A stretch of DNA of 50,781 nt, from positions 1 to 50,781 of the forward strand of contig NIVC01002155.1 in NCBI GenBank assembly GCA_002269645.1, read 5' to 3'. Positions 23,210-37,539 of this stretch are shown in pieces (positions within the stretch are counted from its first letter, which is position 1; each line of letters opens with the position of its first letter). The stretch is from Macrostomum lignano (lineage: Eukaryota). The notes beneath the pieces were generated by a model. That model did no database searches and had not been told where the DNA came from. It saw nothing but the letters and a program-made list of their open reading frames with translations. Both the position numbers and the translations under genes were made by a program.

Positions 23210-23617
23210 ATGCAGCCTCAAACAGTGCACCCGGTGACCTCACAGCCGCAGGCGTACCCGATTGCTGTGGTTGGCCAGCAGCCGCCGCAGCAGCGCCAGT
23301 GGAATTCCGGCGTGTGCGGCTGCTTTGAAGACATCTGCGGCTGCTGCCTGACCTACTGGTGCGGCCCCTGCGAGCTCTGCTGCTGCATCTCGGAGCGCAT
23401 GGGTGAGCAGTGCTGCACCCCGATCTGTCTGGGCTGCCTGGGCAGCTCCGTGACTCTCATCGCCTACCGAGTGAAGCTGAGGGCCAGGTACAACATCCAG
23501 GGCAGCATCATAAGCGACTGTTGCACCACTGTGTTCTGCGGCAGCTGCGTGCAGTGCCAGATCAAGAGGGAGCTGGATTACATTGAGAACCAGCTGGGCT
23601 GCAAGCCGGTTTTTTGA
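23210..23617 (+). CDS. PLAC8/cornifelin-family protein, copy 2 (135 aa, intact)
   Basis: Close paralogue of copy 1 with a shorter N-terminus; ATG at 23210, TGA at 23615-23617. Confidence 0.9.
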   Translation: MQPQTVHPVTSQPQAYPIAVVGQQPPQQRQWNSGVCGCFEDICGCCLTYWCGPCELCCCISERMGEQCCTPICLGCLGSSVTLIAYRVKLRARYNIQGSIISDCCTTVFCGSCVQCQIKRELDYIENQLGCKPVF

Positions 23618-23649
23618 GAACTCCTTGGATAAAAACTCCTTGACGACTG

Positions 23650-23975
23650 TGGGTTGTCTATGGTAGGGAGCTGTAGCGTGTCTACTGTCTATGGTAGGGA
23701 GCTGTGGAGTGTCTAATGTCTATGGTAGGGAGCTGTGGAGTGTCTATGGTAGGAGCTGTGGAGTGTCTACTGTCTATGGTAGGGAGCTGTGGAGTGTCTA
23801 TGTCTATGGTAGGGAGCTGTGGAGTGTCTACTGTCTATGGTAGGGAGCTGTACTGTCTATGGTAGGGAGCTGTAGCGTATCTACTGTCTATGGTAGGGAG
23901 CTGTAGCGTGTCTACTGTCTATGGTAGGTAGAAGTGGGTTGTCTATGGTAGGGAGCCGTGGGTAGTCTATGATAG
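23650..23975. repeat. Degenerate TGTCTATGGTAGGGAGCTG-type array 3' of copy 2
   Basis: Homologue of the 19935-20730 array. Confidence 0.88.
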
Positions 23976-24524
23976 GGTAGATGTTGGGTGTCTATTTTAT
24001 TGAGCTGTAGGTAGTTTATGCAATGGAAACGACTTTTATGTCTAGGATAAGGAGATATGTGGGCTGTCTAGTGGTGAGCTGTACGTGGGTGGGGTGTCGA
24101 TGGCAGTAAACACCTTGACCTTTTTATTGCATCCGGCAAAAAGTTGACTCTATTGCAAGAACAAAAATTCTCAGATATCATTACACTCAAAACTCTGTTT
24201 AAGATTGACGTGCTTCACTTGATACTACTATAATAGCTATATGCAGTGAAAATTTTCTTTTTCATTTGTATTCTGTCAGCAGGTCTTTATCTACGATGTC
24301 CTATCTACGTAAAACACTTAATCAAAAGCTCTCCCTTCTTAATTTTATTTTTAACACTTTTCAAGCAAAAGCAACTTTTAATTATAGTTTCACCGTAAAG
24401 AATAAAATAAAATGTATCCTAAACATTAAATTTTAGACCAGCAAGAAAAGCACATATTTAGCTTTTTTCACTTAACTGTATGTCTAATACTGTGTTCATT
24501 GTGGAGCTGTGCGGTTCGAGACTG

Positions 24525-24770
24525 GTGTGGGCCGGACTGTGTTTGGTGTGGAGGTGTGGGGTTTGTGACTGAGGTGTGGGGGACTGAGGTGTGGGGACTG
24601 AGGCGTGACTGAGGTGTGGGGTGGGTGTTCGGGACTGAGGTGTGGGGTTCGTGACTGAGGTGTGGGAATCGGGACTGAGGTGTGGGGTTCATGACTGAGG
24701 TGTGGGGTTCGTGACTGAGGTGTGGGGTTCGTGACTGAGGTGTGGGGTTCGTGACAGAGGTGTGGGGTCA
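24525..24770. repeat. 20-bp GACTGAGGTGTGGGGTTC-type array, unit 2
   Basis: Homologue of the 21228-21530 array. Confidence 0.88.
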
Positions 24771-25165
24771 GAGAAGTGTACAGTTCGATGGCACGCAATG
24801 TTGTCTTTTGAGTGGCTGATGCGAGTAACAAATGGTGAAACAAATAATAGACAAGTTAATTGCGCAACGCGAGCAGATGTGCAGATTATTCGGGAGAAAC
24901 CGTTTCACCAAACCAATAATAAAATATATCTTCAAATGGGAATGGCGCTGGGGACTACGCAATGTAGGATCTTCGGAGACAGCTATAACTGGAGGAAATA
25001 ACGCTACAAAAATAATAATAAATCATAATTCAGCAAGCCTCCAACCTCAGGCAACTGCAGTTGAGTAATTTACAACAATTCGAACAGGTTAGCTGCTCTA
25101 ATCTGTCCTCTCTGAAGCGGTTAGTAGAGAGAAGAAAAATAGAGAGATAACCGAGTCAGATAACC

Positions 25166-26469
<1,304 letters not shown>

Positions 26470-27252
26470 CCTCTAATCCCGAAGGCGCTGACACAGCAAA
26501 GCAACAAGACAAACAAAAAAGTTAAGAAGTGTTAGTTGCCGATATTTCGAATTCGAGTAATATCTCGTACTTCCATTTTTATAGCAGCGCAGAAAATCGT
26601 TGGATAGAGAACTCATGCAGAGAGATTTTTAATAATTCATTCAACATTTCTGTCTGTCTGCGGGTTCAGCGCTCCTAGAATAGCATTACATATTGCTACT
26701 AAAAGCTATTTATATTCTTTTGTCATCTTCTGCTCACATGACCGAAAGACTTTTAAACACCAACACTCGCCTCGAAAAGCCCCTATTGTGAATGCGAGGC
26801 TCACATCTCAAAACTCGCAGTATTATCAAAGGCAGCGCTTTTTACTGCCAACTAAAACGCAAGCTCGGACCACGAACCTTAGCTTTTGTTATTGTCCTTT
26901 GGGCATTGAGATCGGCTATAGTCTAGAGCTGGTCTGCTTGAGGTCCTTGTTTTCTGCTGTTTTTCCGGATTGGCCAGACTAAGGTGGGCTGCAGCCGCAT
27001 ACTCGTGTTTTCATTTTTAAAAGGCTGCCGAAGCTTAAGAAACTTGAATTATTTCAATCATATTCGATTCGGTAAGTTAACTGCCTTTTCTTTAGCTCGT
27101 AGTTTAGGTAGTTTAGCTCTTTTAGAGTTGCAATACATACATGTACCGGTATTGGGTACTTTCATAATCCCAAAAATATTCGAATATAACACTTCCTAAG
27201 TCGTCTAGCTATTCAAAATCATCTCACTGACGTACCCTAACATGAACGAAGA

Positions 27253-27828
27253 TTGAAGATTGTGAAGCTTGGCGATTGCGAAGCTTGTGGATTGTGAAGC
27301 TTGGGGATTGTGAAGCTTATGGATTTTGAGGCTTGAGGATTGTGAAGCTTGTGGATTTTCAAGCTTGGGGATTGTGAAGCTTGGGGATTGTTAAGCTTAT
27401 GGATTTTGAGGCTTGAGGATTGTGAAGCTTGTGGATTTTCAAGCTTGGGGATTTTGAAGCTTGGGGATTGTGAAGATTGGGGATTGTGAAGCTTGGGGAT
27501 TGTGAAGCTGGGGATTGTGAAGCTTGGGGATTGTGAAGCTTGGGGAGTGTGAAGCTTGGGGATTGTGAAGCTTGGGGATTGTGAAGCTGGGGGATTGTGA
27601 AGCTTGGGGAGTGTGAAGCTTGGGGATTGTGAAGCTTGGGGATTGTGAAGCTTGGGGATTGTGAAGCTTGGGGATTGTGAAGCTGGGGGATTGTGAAGAT
27701 TGGGGATTGTGAAGCTTGAGGATAGTGTAACTTGGAGGTTGTGAAGCTTGGGGATTGTGAAGCTTGGGGATTGTGAAGCTTGGGGATTGTGAAGCTGGGG
27801 GATTGTGAAGATTGGGGATTGTGAAGCT
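27253..27828. repeat. 16-bp CTTGGGGATTGTGAAG array, intron of copy 3
   Basis: Direct tandem array. Confidence 0.93.
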
Positions 27829-28158
27829 TATGTTAAATTACGTTACATTAGGCGCGCAGCCCAGCCCTACCATTAAATAAACCTTCTGCTCTGCCAGCGC
27901 TCGGCAATTAGCGCTACATCAGAGATTGTGAAATTTGAGCAATTAAAAATTCAATTAAAGATTCAGTTGGAAATTTAATGAAAGTTGAATTATAGAAAAA
28001 TCTGTCTTTCTAATCTATGTAAATTTCATAACACTGTTGGATCTTTATTAGAAACTGAGCGATTGCATTCTTCACCTTGACTTCCGAACCGATTAGATTT
28101 ATAAATTGATTTTACAACCTAAATATGCTGCCTCCTACCCGGCTGTCAGTTCGCAGAG

Positions 28159-28654
28159 ATGCAGCCTCAAACGGTGTACACGGTGATGTCCCAGCCGCAG
28201 CCGTACCCGTCTGCGTGTTGGCCAGCAGCCGTGCCACAGCATCCGCCGCAGCCGTACCCGTCTGCGGTTGTTGGCAAGCAGCCGAGGCCACAGCATCCGC
28301 CGCAGCAGTGCCAGTCGAACTCCGACCAGTGCAGTTGCTTTGATGACGACTGCAACTGCTGCCTGACCGATTGCGGCTTCTGCGAGCTCTGCTGCTGCAT
28401 CTCGGATTGTATGGATTAATAGTGCTGCACCCCGATCTGTCTTGACTGCCTCGGCAGCTCAGTGACTCTCATCGAAAAACTCAGAAAAAAAACGAAAAAC
28501 TGTTATCGTGTAACCCAGGTACAATATCCAAGGCAGCATCATAAACGACTGTTGCACCACTGTGTTCTGCGCCAGCTGCGTGCAGTGTCAGATCAAGAGG
28601 GAGATGGATTACATTGAGAACCATGAAGTTGGGCTGCAAGCCGGCTTTTTTGAG
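28159..28654 (+). pseudogene. PLAC8 copy 3, disrupted
   Basis: TAA TAG at 28417-28422 where intact copies have GAG CAG; an A-rich replacement at ~28474-28516 shifts the frame; the 3' half is still recognisable. Confidence 0.85.
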
Positions 28655-28689
28655 AAATCGCTGGATAAAAACTCATTGACGACTGTGGG

Positions 28690-30215
28690 TTGTCTATGGT
28701 AGGGAGCTGTTGGGTGTCTATGGTATGGAGCTGTTGGGTGTCTATGGTATGGAGCTGTTGGGTGTCTATGGTAGGGAGCTGTTGGGTGTCTATGGTATGG
28801 AGCTGTTGGGTGTCTATGGTAGGGAGCTGTTGGGTGTCTATGGTAGGGAGCTGTTGAGTGTCTATGGTATGGAGCTGTTGGGTGTCTATGGTAGGGAGCT
28901 GTTGAGTGTCTATGGTATGGAGCTGTTGGGTGTCTATGGTAGGGAGCTGTTGGGTGTCTATGGTAGGGAGCTGTTGGGTGTCTATGGTAGGGAGCTGTTG
29001 GGTGTCTATGGTATGGAGCTGTTGGGTGTCTATGGTAGGGAGCTGTTGGGTGTCTATGGTAGGGAGCTGTTGGGTGTCTATGGTAGGGAGCTGTTGGGTG
29101 TCTATGGTAGGGAGCTGTTGGGTGTCTATGGTAGGGAGCTGTTGGGTGTCTATGGTAGGGAGCTGTTGGGTGTCTATGGTAGGGAGCTGTTGGGTGTCTA
29201 TGGTAGGGAGCTGTTGGGTGTCTATGGTAGGGAGCTGTTGGGTGTCTATGGTAACGAGCTGTTGGGTGTCTATGGTAGGGAGCTGTTGGGTGTCTATGGT
29301 AGGGAGCTGTTGGCTGTCTATGGTAGGGAGCTGTTGGGTGTCTATGGTAGGGAGCTGTTGAGTGTCTATGGTATGGAGCTGTTGGGTGTCTATGGTAGGG
29401 AGCTGTTGGGTGTCTATGGTAGGGAGCTGTTGGGTGTCTATGGTAGGGAGCTGTTGGGTGTCTATGGTAGGGAGCTGTTGGGTGTCTATGGTAGGGAGCT
29501 GTTGGGTGTCTATGGTAGGGAGCTGTTGGGTGTCTATGGTAGGGAGCTGTTGGGTGTCTATGGTAGGGAGCTGTTGGGTGTCTGGTAGGGAGCTGTTGGG
29601 TGTCTATGGTAGGGAGCTGTTGGGTGTCTATGGTAGGGAGCTGTTGGGTGTCTATGGTAGGGAGCTGTTGGGTGTCTATGGTAGGGAGCTGTTGGCTGTC
29701 TATGGTAGGGAGCTGTTGGGTGTCTATGGTAGGGAGCTGTTGGCTGTCTATGGTAGGGAGCTGTTGGGTGTCTATGGTAGGGAGCTGTTGGGTGTCTATG
29801 ATAGGGAGCTGTTGGGTGTCTATGGTAGGGAGCTGTTGGGTGTCTATGGTAGGGAGCTGTTGGGTGTCTATGGTAACGAGCTGTTGAGTGTCTATGGTAG
29901 GGAGCTGTTGAGTGTCTATGGTAGGGAGCTGTTGGCTGTCTATGGTAGGGAGCTGTTGGCTGTCTATGGTAGGGAGCTGTTGGGTGTCTATGGTAGGGAG
30001 CTGTTGGGTGTCTATGATAGGGAGCTGTTGGGTGTCTATGGTAGGGAGCTGTTGGGTGTCTATGGTAGGGAGCTGTTGGGTGTCTATGGTAACGAGCTGT
30101 TGAGTGTCTATGGTAGGGAGCTGTTGAGTGTCTATGGTAGGGAGCTGTTGAGTGTCTATGGTAGGGAGCTGTTGAGTGTCTATGGTAGATAGACGTGGGG
30201 TGTCTATAGTAGGCT
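28690..30215. repeat. 24-bp minisatellite (GGGTGTCTATGGTAGGGAGCTGTT)n 3' of copy 3
   Basis: Direct tandem array; source of the GVYGRELL ORFs. Confidence 0.95.
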
Positions 30216-30564
30216 GCGCAGAAAAGTTTCTTGTTTATTTGTATTCTTTCTGGGCTTTATCTACAGTGAGGTCCTTATCCAAGTAAAATACTTTATCAAA
30301 AGCTCTCCCCTCTGAAACCCGATCTAAATTTTATTACTTTACTTATTTATCAACTATTTACTTTACAAGGTAAACAGCAATTGTTTAAGTTTTAACGCAT
30401 GTTTTTAATTGTCTTATTGTAAAAGATAAAAAAAATTGATCTTAAACATTATTTTTAGAAGAAAAGCACATAAAACATATATTTTAGTTTTTTCACCTGA
30501 CTGAATGTCTAATATTGCGTTCATAGTTATTTCTCCTTTATCTACAAATATGCGGTTCGAGGCT

Positions 30565-31460
30565 GGACTGTGGGGTTAGGGACTGAGGTGCGGGAATCGG
30601 GACTGGGGTGTGGGAATCGGGACTGGGGTGTGGGAATCGGGACTGGGGTGTGGGATTCGGGACTGAGGTGTGGGAATCGGGAATCGGGGCTGGGGTGTGG
30701 GAATAGGGAATCGGTACTGAGGTGTGGGATTCGGGAATCGGGGCTGGGGTGTGGGAATCGGGAATCGGGGCTGGGGTGTGGGAATCGGGAATCGGGGCTG
30801 GGGTGTGGGAATAGGGAATCGGGGCTGGGGTGTGGGAATCGGGAATCGGGGCTGGGGTGTGGGAATCGGGAATCGGGGCTGGGGTGTGGGAATCGGGAAT
30901 CGGGGCTGGGGTGTGGGAATCGGGAATCGGGACTGGGGTGTGGGAATCGGGGCTGGGGTGTGGGAATCGGGAATCGGGGCTGGGGTGTGGGAATCGGGAA
31001 TCGGGGCTGGGGTGTGGGAATCGGGAATCGGGACTGGGGTGTGGGAATCGGGAATCGGGACTGGGGTGTGGGAATCGGGAATCGGGACTGGGGTGTGGGA
31101 ATCGGGAATCGGGACTGGGGTGTGGGAATCGGGAATCGGGGCTGGGGTGTGGGAATCGGGAATCGGGGCTGGGGTGTGGGAATCGGGACTGGGGTGTGGG
31201 AATCGGGGCTGGGGTGTGGGAATCGGGAATCGGGGCTGGGGTGTGGGAATCGGGAATCGGGGCTGGGGTGTGGGAATCGGGAATCGGGGCTGGGGTGTGG
31301 GGTTCGGTACTGAGGTGTGGGGTTCGGTACTGAGGTGTGGGATTCGGGACTGAGGTGTGGGGTTCGGTACTGAGGTGTGGGATTCGGGACTGAGGTGTGG
31401 GGTTCGGTACTAAGGTGTGGGGTTCGGGACTGAGGTGTGGGGTTCGGGACTGAGGGGCGG
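30565..31460. repeat. 27/20-bp G-rich minisatellite (GGGAATCGGGAATCGGGGCTGGGGTGT)n, unit 3
   Basis: Direct tandem array; four G3+ runs per ~30 nt. Confidence 0.95.
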
Positions 31461-31952
31461 GGTCCGAAAAGTGTGCAGTTCCATGGCACGCAATCGTGTC
31501 TGAGTGTCTGCTGCGATTAGCAATGGATAAATAATCAGCGGTCGCAGTGCGTGACAACGATTGTCTATGGATCGCGCCTAGACAATCCATTACTACAAAC
31601 AATGCATTGTTTGTAGTAATGGATTGTTCTGCATTAAAAATGTGAATAATGATCGTCAAATTGCTAAACAATGGTTAAATAAATAATTGACAAGTTGCGC
31701 TACGCGAGCAGATGTCCAGATTACTCGGGAGAAACCGTTTTACCAAACCAATTATCAAATATACTCAGCAACATTGAAAAGTCGCCAGCCTTTGCCCCAG
31801 TGAGCAGTGTGTCTTTCGACCTGCGTCTATCACCTTGCCAACCAATTTGATATAAAAAAATGCTTGAAAAAACTCTAAACTGGCCAACCAGCCTACCCCG
31901 ATGTACGCTGCTCTGTGTACATTCTCTCTCTCTCTCTTGACATGACAATATT

Positions 31953-32996
31953 GGGAGCACCCCAACTGCCAGCCGGAAAACTGCCAGCCGACAACTGCCA
32001 GTCGACAACTGCCAGCCGACAATTGCCAGCCGAGAAAACTGCCAGCCGACAAGTTCTAGCTAATTGAATCTACTGTAGCCTACTTTTAGCTAAGTAAAAA
32101 GCACGAAACTGTTTGGCTAGCAAAAGGCTTGTGGGGTAGCCTTAAGTGTCGCCCTTCCCTAATTTTTTAAGATTTCCATTAGTTAGAAGTATATACTCAG
32201 CAACATTGAAAAGTCGCCATCATGGAAGATTCCGTCTGTGGTCGCCACTTTTGAGAGTGCAAGTCAATTTTGCGAGTGACGTAACTTAGCTACGTCACGC
32301 GGCAGACTTGGGTTGAGGAATGAAGTGGTCGATCGGTGTGCGAGGGTTGGACGGATTTAAGATACCCGATCAGTTTTCTCGATCTTTTATTTCAGAATGG
32401 TCCCAGAGAAATTGCTCACTGGTGCACAGAGTGGCGACTTTTCAATGTTGCTGAGTATATATGCGAAGGAGAAAGCATTCAAATTTCGTATTTTAGGTAG
32501 CCTTTGCTCTTTCTTTGAAAGCTTTATTTAAGTAAAGTAATTTAATAGACTTATCTAGGATTGCGTCATATAGCAATCGCAATCGCAAATTAAATAATAA
32601 AGTAAATAAACTTTCAATACAGAAATATTTACAATAGGCATTACAGAATGCCTTCTCCTTCACATATATACTTCTAATGGAAATCTTAAAAAATTAGGGA
32701 AGGGAAGGGCGACATTTAAGGCTACCCCACAAGCCTTTTGCTAGCCAAACAGTTTCGTGCTTTTTACTTAGCTAATAAGTAGGCTACAGTAGATTCAATT
32801 AGCTAGAACTTGTCGGCTGGCAGTTTTCTCGGCTGGCAATTGTCGGCTGGCAGTTGTCGGCTGGCAGTTGTCGGCTGGCAGTTTTCTGGCTGGCAGTTTT
32901 CTCGGCTGGCAATTGTCGGCTGGCAGTTGTCGGCTGGCAGTTGTCGGCTGGCAGTTGTCGGCTGGCAGTTTTCCGGCTGGCAGTTGGGGTGGACCC
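31953..32996. mobile_element. Non-autonomous foldback/Mutator-like element with long TIRs and 9-bp TSD
   Basis: Arms 31953-~32195 and ~32665-32996 are reverse complements containing CTGCCAGCCGACAA subrepeats. TSD GACAATATT at 31944-31952 and 32997-33005. Confidence 0.85.
32196..32455. mobile_element. 260-bp MITE with 24-bp perfect TIRs, TA/TATA target, nested in the foldback element
   Basis: CTCAGCAACATTGAAAAGTCGCCA at 32196-32219 and its reverse complement at 32432-32455, flanked by TATA. An orphan copy of the same TIR lies at 31764-31787. Confidence 0.85.
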
Positions 32997-33677
32997 GACA
33001 ATATTCAGTAGTGATCGATTCTTAGTTTTAAGCCCACTCACTTGCCTGTCTTTTAAGTTTATATATTGGCCTCGCCACCTATCGCACAATCGTTGCAATA
33101 TTTCGCTCGTCTAAAATATTCAACTTCGTACTTGACTCAAACCAAGCCTACGGGCAGCCTTGTCATCGTTTACTGAGAGCGAATTGACATAGAGTGAAGA
33201 AGAAAACAGAGAGAGAGAAAGAGCAAGAGAGAGGGGGAGAGAGAGGAGAGCCTCCAATCCCGGGCACTGACACGGTAAAAAGACCATGAAAGGTTTGAAT
33301 TGTTATAGTTGCCGATATTTCGAAATTATTATATTTCTTTGTCAGGGCAAGTGAAACGTTTACAGAGAGCGTTTACCATGCAGAGAGACTGGAAATAATT
33401 CAGTAAATTTTTGTCAGTCTGCGGGTTCAGCGCCTCTAGAATAGCACTACGTAATGGGTACTTGTGACAGTTCACATGATCTGCTCACATGGCAGAAAGA
33501 CTTTCAAACATTGGCCTCTAAAGGCCCTATTATGAATGCGAGAGACTCACATCTCAGAACTCGCAGTACCGAGTATTCATTATCTAAGGCAGTGTATTTT
33601 ATTACCAACTAAAACCCATAGGCACAACACGGGTTGTAGCAGTGTGGGGTTTGCGCTGCGCAGCTTCTCTCTGGGTC

Positions 33678-33690
33678 GTTGCTAGGCAAC
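33678..33690. promoter_or_regulatory. RFX X-box-like GTTGCTAGGCAAC upstream of the CCAAT motif of PLAC8 unit 4
   Basis: 13-bp X-box variant; unit 2 has the degenerate CTTACTAGGCAAC at the homologous position. Confidence 0.3.
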
Positions 33691-34231
33691 CATCAAGCCA
33701 CCCCAAAGCATTTTCTGCGAGTCTTCTGTGCCACGTATTCTCAAGTTACTGGCTTGGCCCTCGAACCTCAGCTTTGTTATTTTCTTTCGGGCATTGAGAT
33801 TGGCTAGTCTAGAGCTAGTCTGCTTGGGTAGCTGCGGTCGAGACGCGTAGAGATCCTTGTTTTTCTGCTGTTTTTTTCCGGATTGGTCAGACTGAGGTGG
33901 GCTGCAGCCGCATACAGGGCAGGCGGAGTATGTCTCACACTTCATTATTTAACAGTGCAACTTATTCATTTCTTAAAGCCTGTCGAAGCCTAAGAGAGAC
34001 TTGAATAAATTCATTCATATTCGATTTGGTAATTTAGTTACCTTTTCATTAGCTCATAGTTTCGGTACATTTTGTTAGTCTGTGGTTTCAGCGCTTCTAG
34101 CTCCTACAGTTGCACTACATACATGTATTGGGTACTTTCATAACCCCAAAAATGTCACATTTCCTAGGTCGAATAGCTATTCACAGTCATCTAACTGACG
34201 TACCCTAACATGAAGGAGAAGCTTGTGGATT

Positions 34232-35058
34232 ATAAGACTTAGAAATCTGAAACGAATTCAAGAGAGCTCTAGGATAAAATCAGGCAGAAAATAGCAACAG
34301 TAGAGAGGGCAAGCAACTGAAAGCAGAGAGGTTAGATGAGGACACGCCCGGAGCTCACCCTTTCATTACAGCGCGAACGCGGCCCGGACCGACAGCAAAA
34401 CTGGAACTGGTTGGAACCGGCCCGCGGGGGAGACTGATGAGGAGTTGACCTGGACCCCGCCTGGAGACGAAAGCCGGAGAAGGCCGGGACCGCACAAGAA
34501 GACCGGATCGATGAAGGGGAAAGGGATAACGAACAGTAGGAAAGAGATCTCGGTAGAAGCGGGAACACTTCCTAACTTAGCTAATGCGTTTCAGGGCTGC
34601 CCCCCCGCTACCATAGAAAAGAAGTTGGTGTGCCTACCAACCAACTGGCTCAAGGCTTATGAGTTATGACTGCTAGAGTTGAGGCTGTGACCTCGTTCAG
34701 GACAAATCCTCTTGCTTGCCGTTGCTAAGTTTTCATCCCCTCGGTTTCGAGAAGATTATATAAGTCGGAGCGGAGCGCGGAAAAACGCAACCCCGCGGTT
34801 TTGCTAGAGAGTTAGCTTGGAGCTCCGTTAGGTTAACCTACCAGATAAACATACTGTGTTCGAGTTCTTTCTTGGTCTGATATCCGATCACCGAGGTGAG
34901 GATCGAGGAGGGAATTATAGCCGCCAGCCGGGAAACTGAGTATCGATAGTCGTCAGTAGTTATAGCCTTCAAGTCAACGGACTGCCACAAAACCGCTAGA
35001 CTACCTATAGGAAAACATAAAGCTGAAGACACATAGAGAAGCCAGATACGAACGACAC
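34232..35058. mobile_element. ~830-bp unique insertion in the intron of PLAC8 unit 4, possibly an LTR fragment
   Basis: Absent from the homologous introns of units 1-3 and splits the repeat TGGATT|GTGAAG. It contains TATATAA at ~34758; no TSD or TG..CA ends could be resolved. Confidence 0.45.
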
Positions 35059-37283
35059 GTGAAGAGCTATATGGATTGTGAAGCTTGGGGATTGTGAAGC
35101 TTGGGGATTGTGAAGCTTGTGGATTGTGAAGCTTGGGGATTGTGAAGCTATATGGATTGTGAAGCTTGGGGATTGTGAAGCTTGTGGATTGTGAAGCTAT
35201 ATGGATTGTGAAGCTTGTGGCTTGTGAAGCTTGGGGATTGTGAAGCTTGTGGATTGTGAAGCTTGGGGATTGTGAAGCTATATGGATTGTGAAGCTTGGG
35301 GATTGTGAAGCTTGGGGATTGTGAAGCTTGTGGATTGTGAAGCTATATGGATTGTGAAGCTTGGGGATTGTGAAGCTATATGGATTGTGAAGCTTGTGGA
35401 TTGTGAAGCTTGGGGATTGTGAAGCTATATGGATTGTGAAGCTTGGGGATTGTGAGGCTTGGGGATTGTGAAGCTTGGGGATTGTGAAGCTTGTGGATTG
35501 TGAAGCTTGGGGATTGTGAAGCTTGGGGATTGTGAAGCTTGGGGATTGTGAAGCTTGGGGATTGTGAAGCTTGTGGATTGTGAAGCTTGTGGATTGTGAA
35601 GCTTGGGGATTGTAAAGCTATATGGATTGTGAAGCTTGGGGATTGTGAAGCTATATGGATTGTGAAGCTTGGGGATTGTGAAGCTTGGGGATTGTGAAGC
35701 TTGTGGATTGTGAAGCTTGTGGATTGTGAAGCTTGGGGATTGTGAAGCTATATGGATTGTGAAGCTTGGGGATTGTGAAGCTTGGGGATTGTGAAGCTTG
35801 TGGATTGTGAAGCTTGGGGATTGTGAAGCTTGTGGATTGTGAAGCTTGGGGATTGTGAAGCTGGTGGATTGTGAAGCTTGTGGATTGTGAAGCTTGTGGA
35901 TTGTGAAGCTTGGGGATTGTGAAGCTATATGGATTGTGAAGCTTGGGGATTGTGAAGCTTGTGGATTGTGAAGCTTGGGGATTGTGAAGCTATATGGATT
36001 GTGAAGCTTGGGGATTGTGAAGCTTGTGGATTGTGAAGCTTGTGGATTGTGAAGCTTGGGGATTGTAAAGCTATATGGATTGTGAAGCTTGGGGATTGTG
36101 AAGCTATATGGATTGTGAAGCTTGGGGATTGTGAAGCTTGGGGATTGTGAAGCTTGTGGATTGTGAAGCTTGTGGATTGTGAAGCTTGGGGATTGTGAAG
36201 CTATATGGATTGTGAAGCTTGGGGATTGTGAAGCTTGGGGATTGTGAAGCTTGTGGATTGTGAAGCTTGGGGATTGTGAAGCTTGAGGATTGTGAAGCTT
36301 GGGGATTGTGAAGCTGGTGGATTGTGAAGCTTGTGGATTGTGAAGCTTGTGGATTGTGAAGCTTGGGGATTGTGAAGCTATATGGATTGTGAAGCTTGGG
36401 GATTGTGAAGCTTGGGGATTGTGAAGCTTGGGGATTGTGAAGCTTGGGGATTGTGAAGCTTGGGGATTGTGAAGCTCGGGGATTGTGAAGCTCGGGGATT
36501 GTGAAGCTTGAGAATTGTGAAGCTTTTGGATTTAGAAGCTTTTGGGTTGTGAAGCTCGGGGATTGTGAAGCTCGGGGATTGTGAAGCTTGTGGATTGTGA
36601 AGCTCGGGGATTGTAAAGCTTTTGGGTTGTGAAGCTCAGGGATTGTGAAGCTCGGGGATTGTGAAGCTTGTGGATTATGAATCTCGGGGATTGTAAAGCT
36701 TGTGCATTGTGAAGCTCGGGGATTGTGAAGCTCGGGGATTGTGAAGCTCGGGGATTGTGAAGCTCGGGGATTGTGAAGCTCGGGGATTGTGAAGCTTTTG
36801 GATTTAGAAGCTTTTGGGTTGTGAAGCTCGGGGATTGTGAAGCTTTTGGGCTGTGAAGCTCGGGGATTGTGAAGCTCGGGGATTGTGAAGCTCGGGGATT
36901 GTGAAGCTTGTGGATTGTGAAGCTCGGGGATTGTGAAGCTCGGGGATTGTGAAGCTTGTGGATTATGAAGCTCGGGGATTGTAAAGCTTGTGGATTGTGA
37001 AGCTCGGGGATTGTGAAGCTCGGGGATTGTGAAGCTTTTGGGTTGTGAAGCTCGGGGATTGTGAAGCTTTTGGGTTGTGAAGCTCGGGGATTGTGAAGCT
37101 CGGGGATTGTGAAGCTTGTGGATTGTGAAGCTCGGGGATTGTGAAGCTTGTGGATTATGAAGCTCGGGGATTGTGAAGCTTGAGGATTGTGAAGCTTGTG
37201 GATTGTGAAGCTCGGGGATTGTGAAGCTTGAGGATTGTGAAGCTCGGGAATTGTGAAGCTCGGGGATTGTGAAGCTCGGGGAA
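35059..37283. repeat. ~2.2-kb 16-bp CTTGGGGATTGTGAAG array, intron of copy 4
   Basis: Direct tandem array; variant types are regionally segregated (CTATATGG left, CTCGGGG right). Confidence 0.95.
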
Positions 37284-37539
37284 CGTACAGTAAATTCAGG
37301 GATTGTGAAATTTGAGCGATTTAAAATTACTCGTAGTTTGAAATTTAAGGAAATTTAAATTATACATGTAGGAAAATCTCTTTCTAATCTGAGTAAATTT
37401 TATAACACTTGTTGGATATTTATTAGAAACTGAGCGATTGCATTTTTTCACGCATTTGACTTCCGAATCGATTAGATGTATATAAATTCATTTTCCAACC
37501 TAAATGTGCTGCCTCCTACCCGGCTGTCAGTTCGCAGAG

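Noticed and set aside
30572-30581. Telomeric TTAGGG-like sequence
   Set aside because: Single occurrence inside a G-rich minisatellite variant.
33631-33660. GCAGTGTGGGGTTTG resembles the 14-kb minisatellite unit, suggesting a fifth ancient PLAC8 unit
   Set aside because: The flanks do not align, and the match is short and low-complexity.
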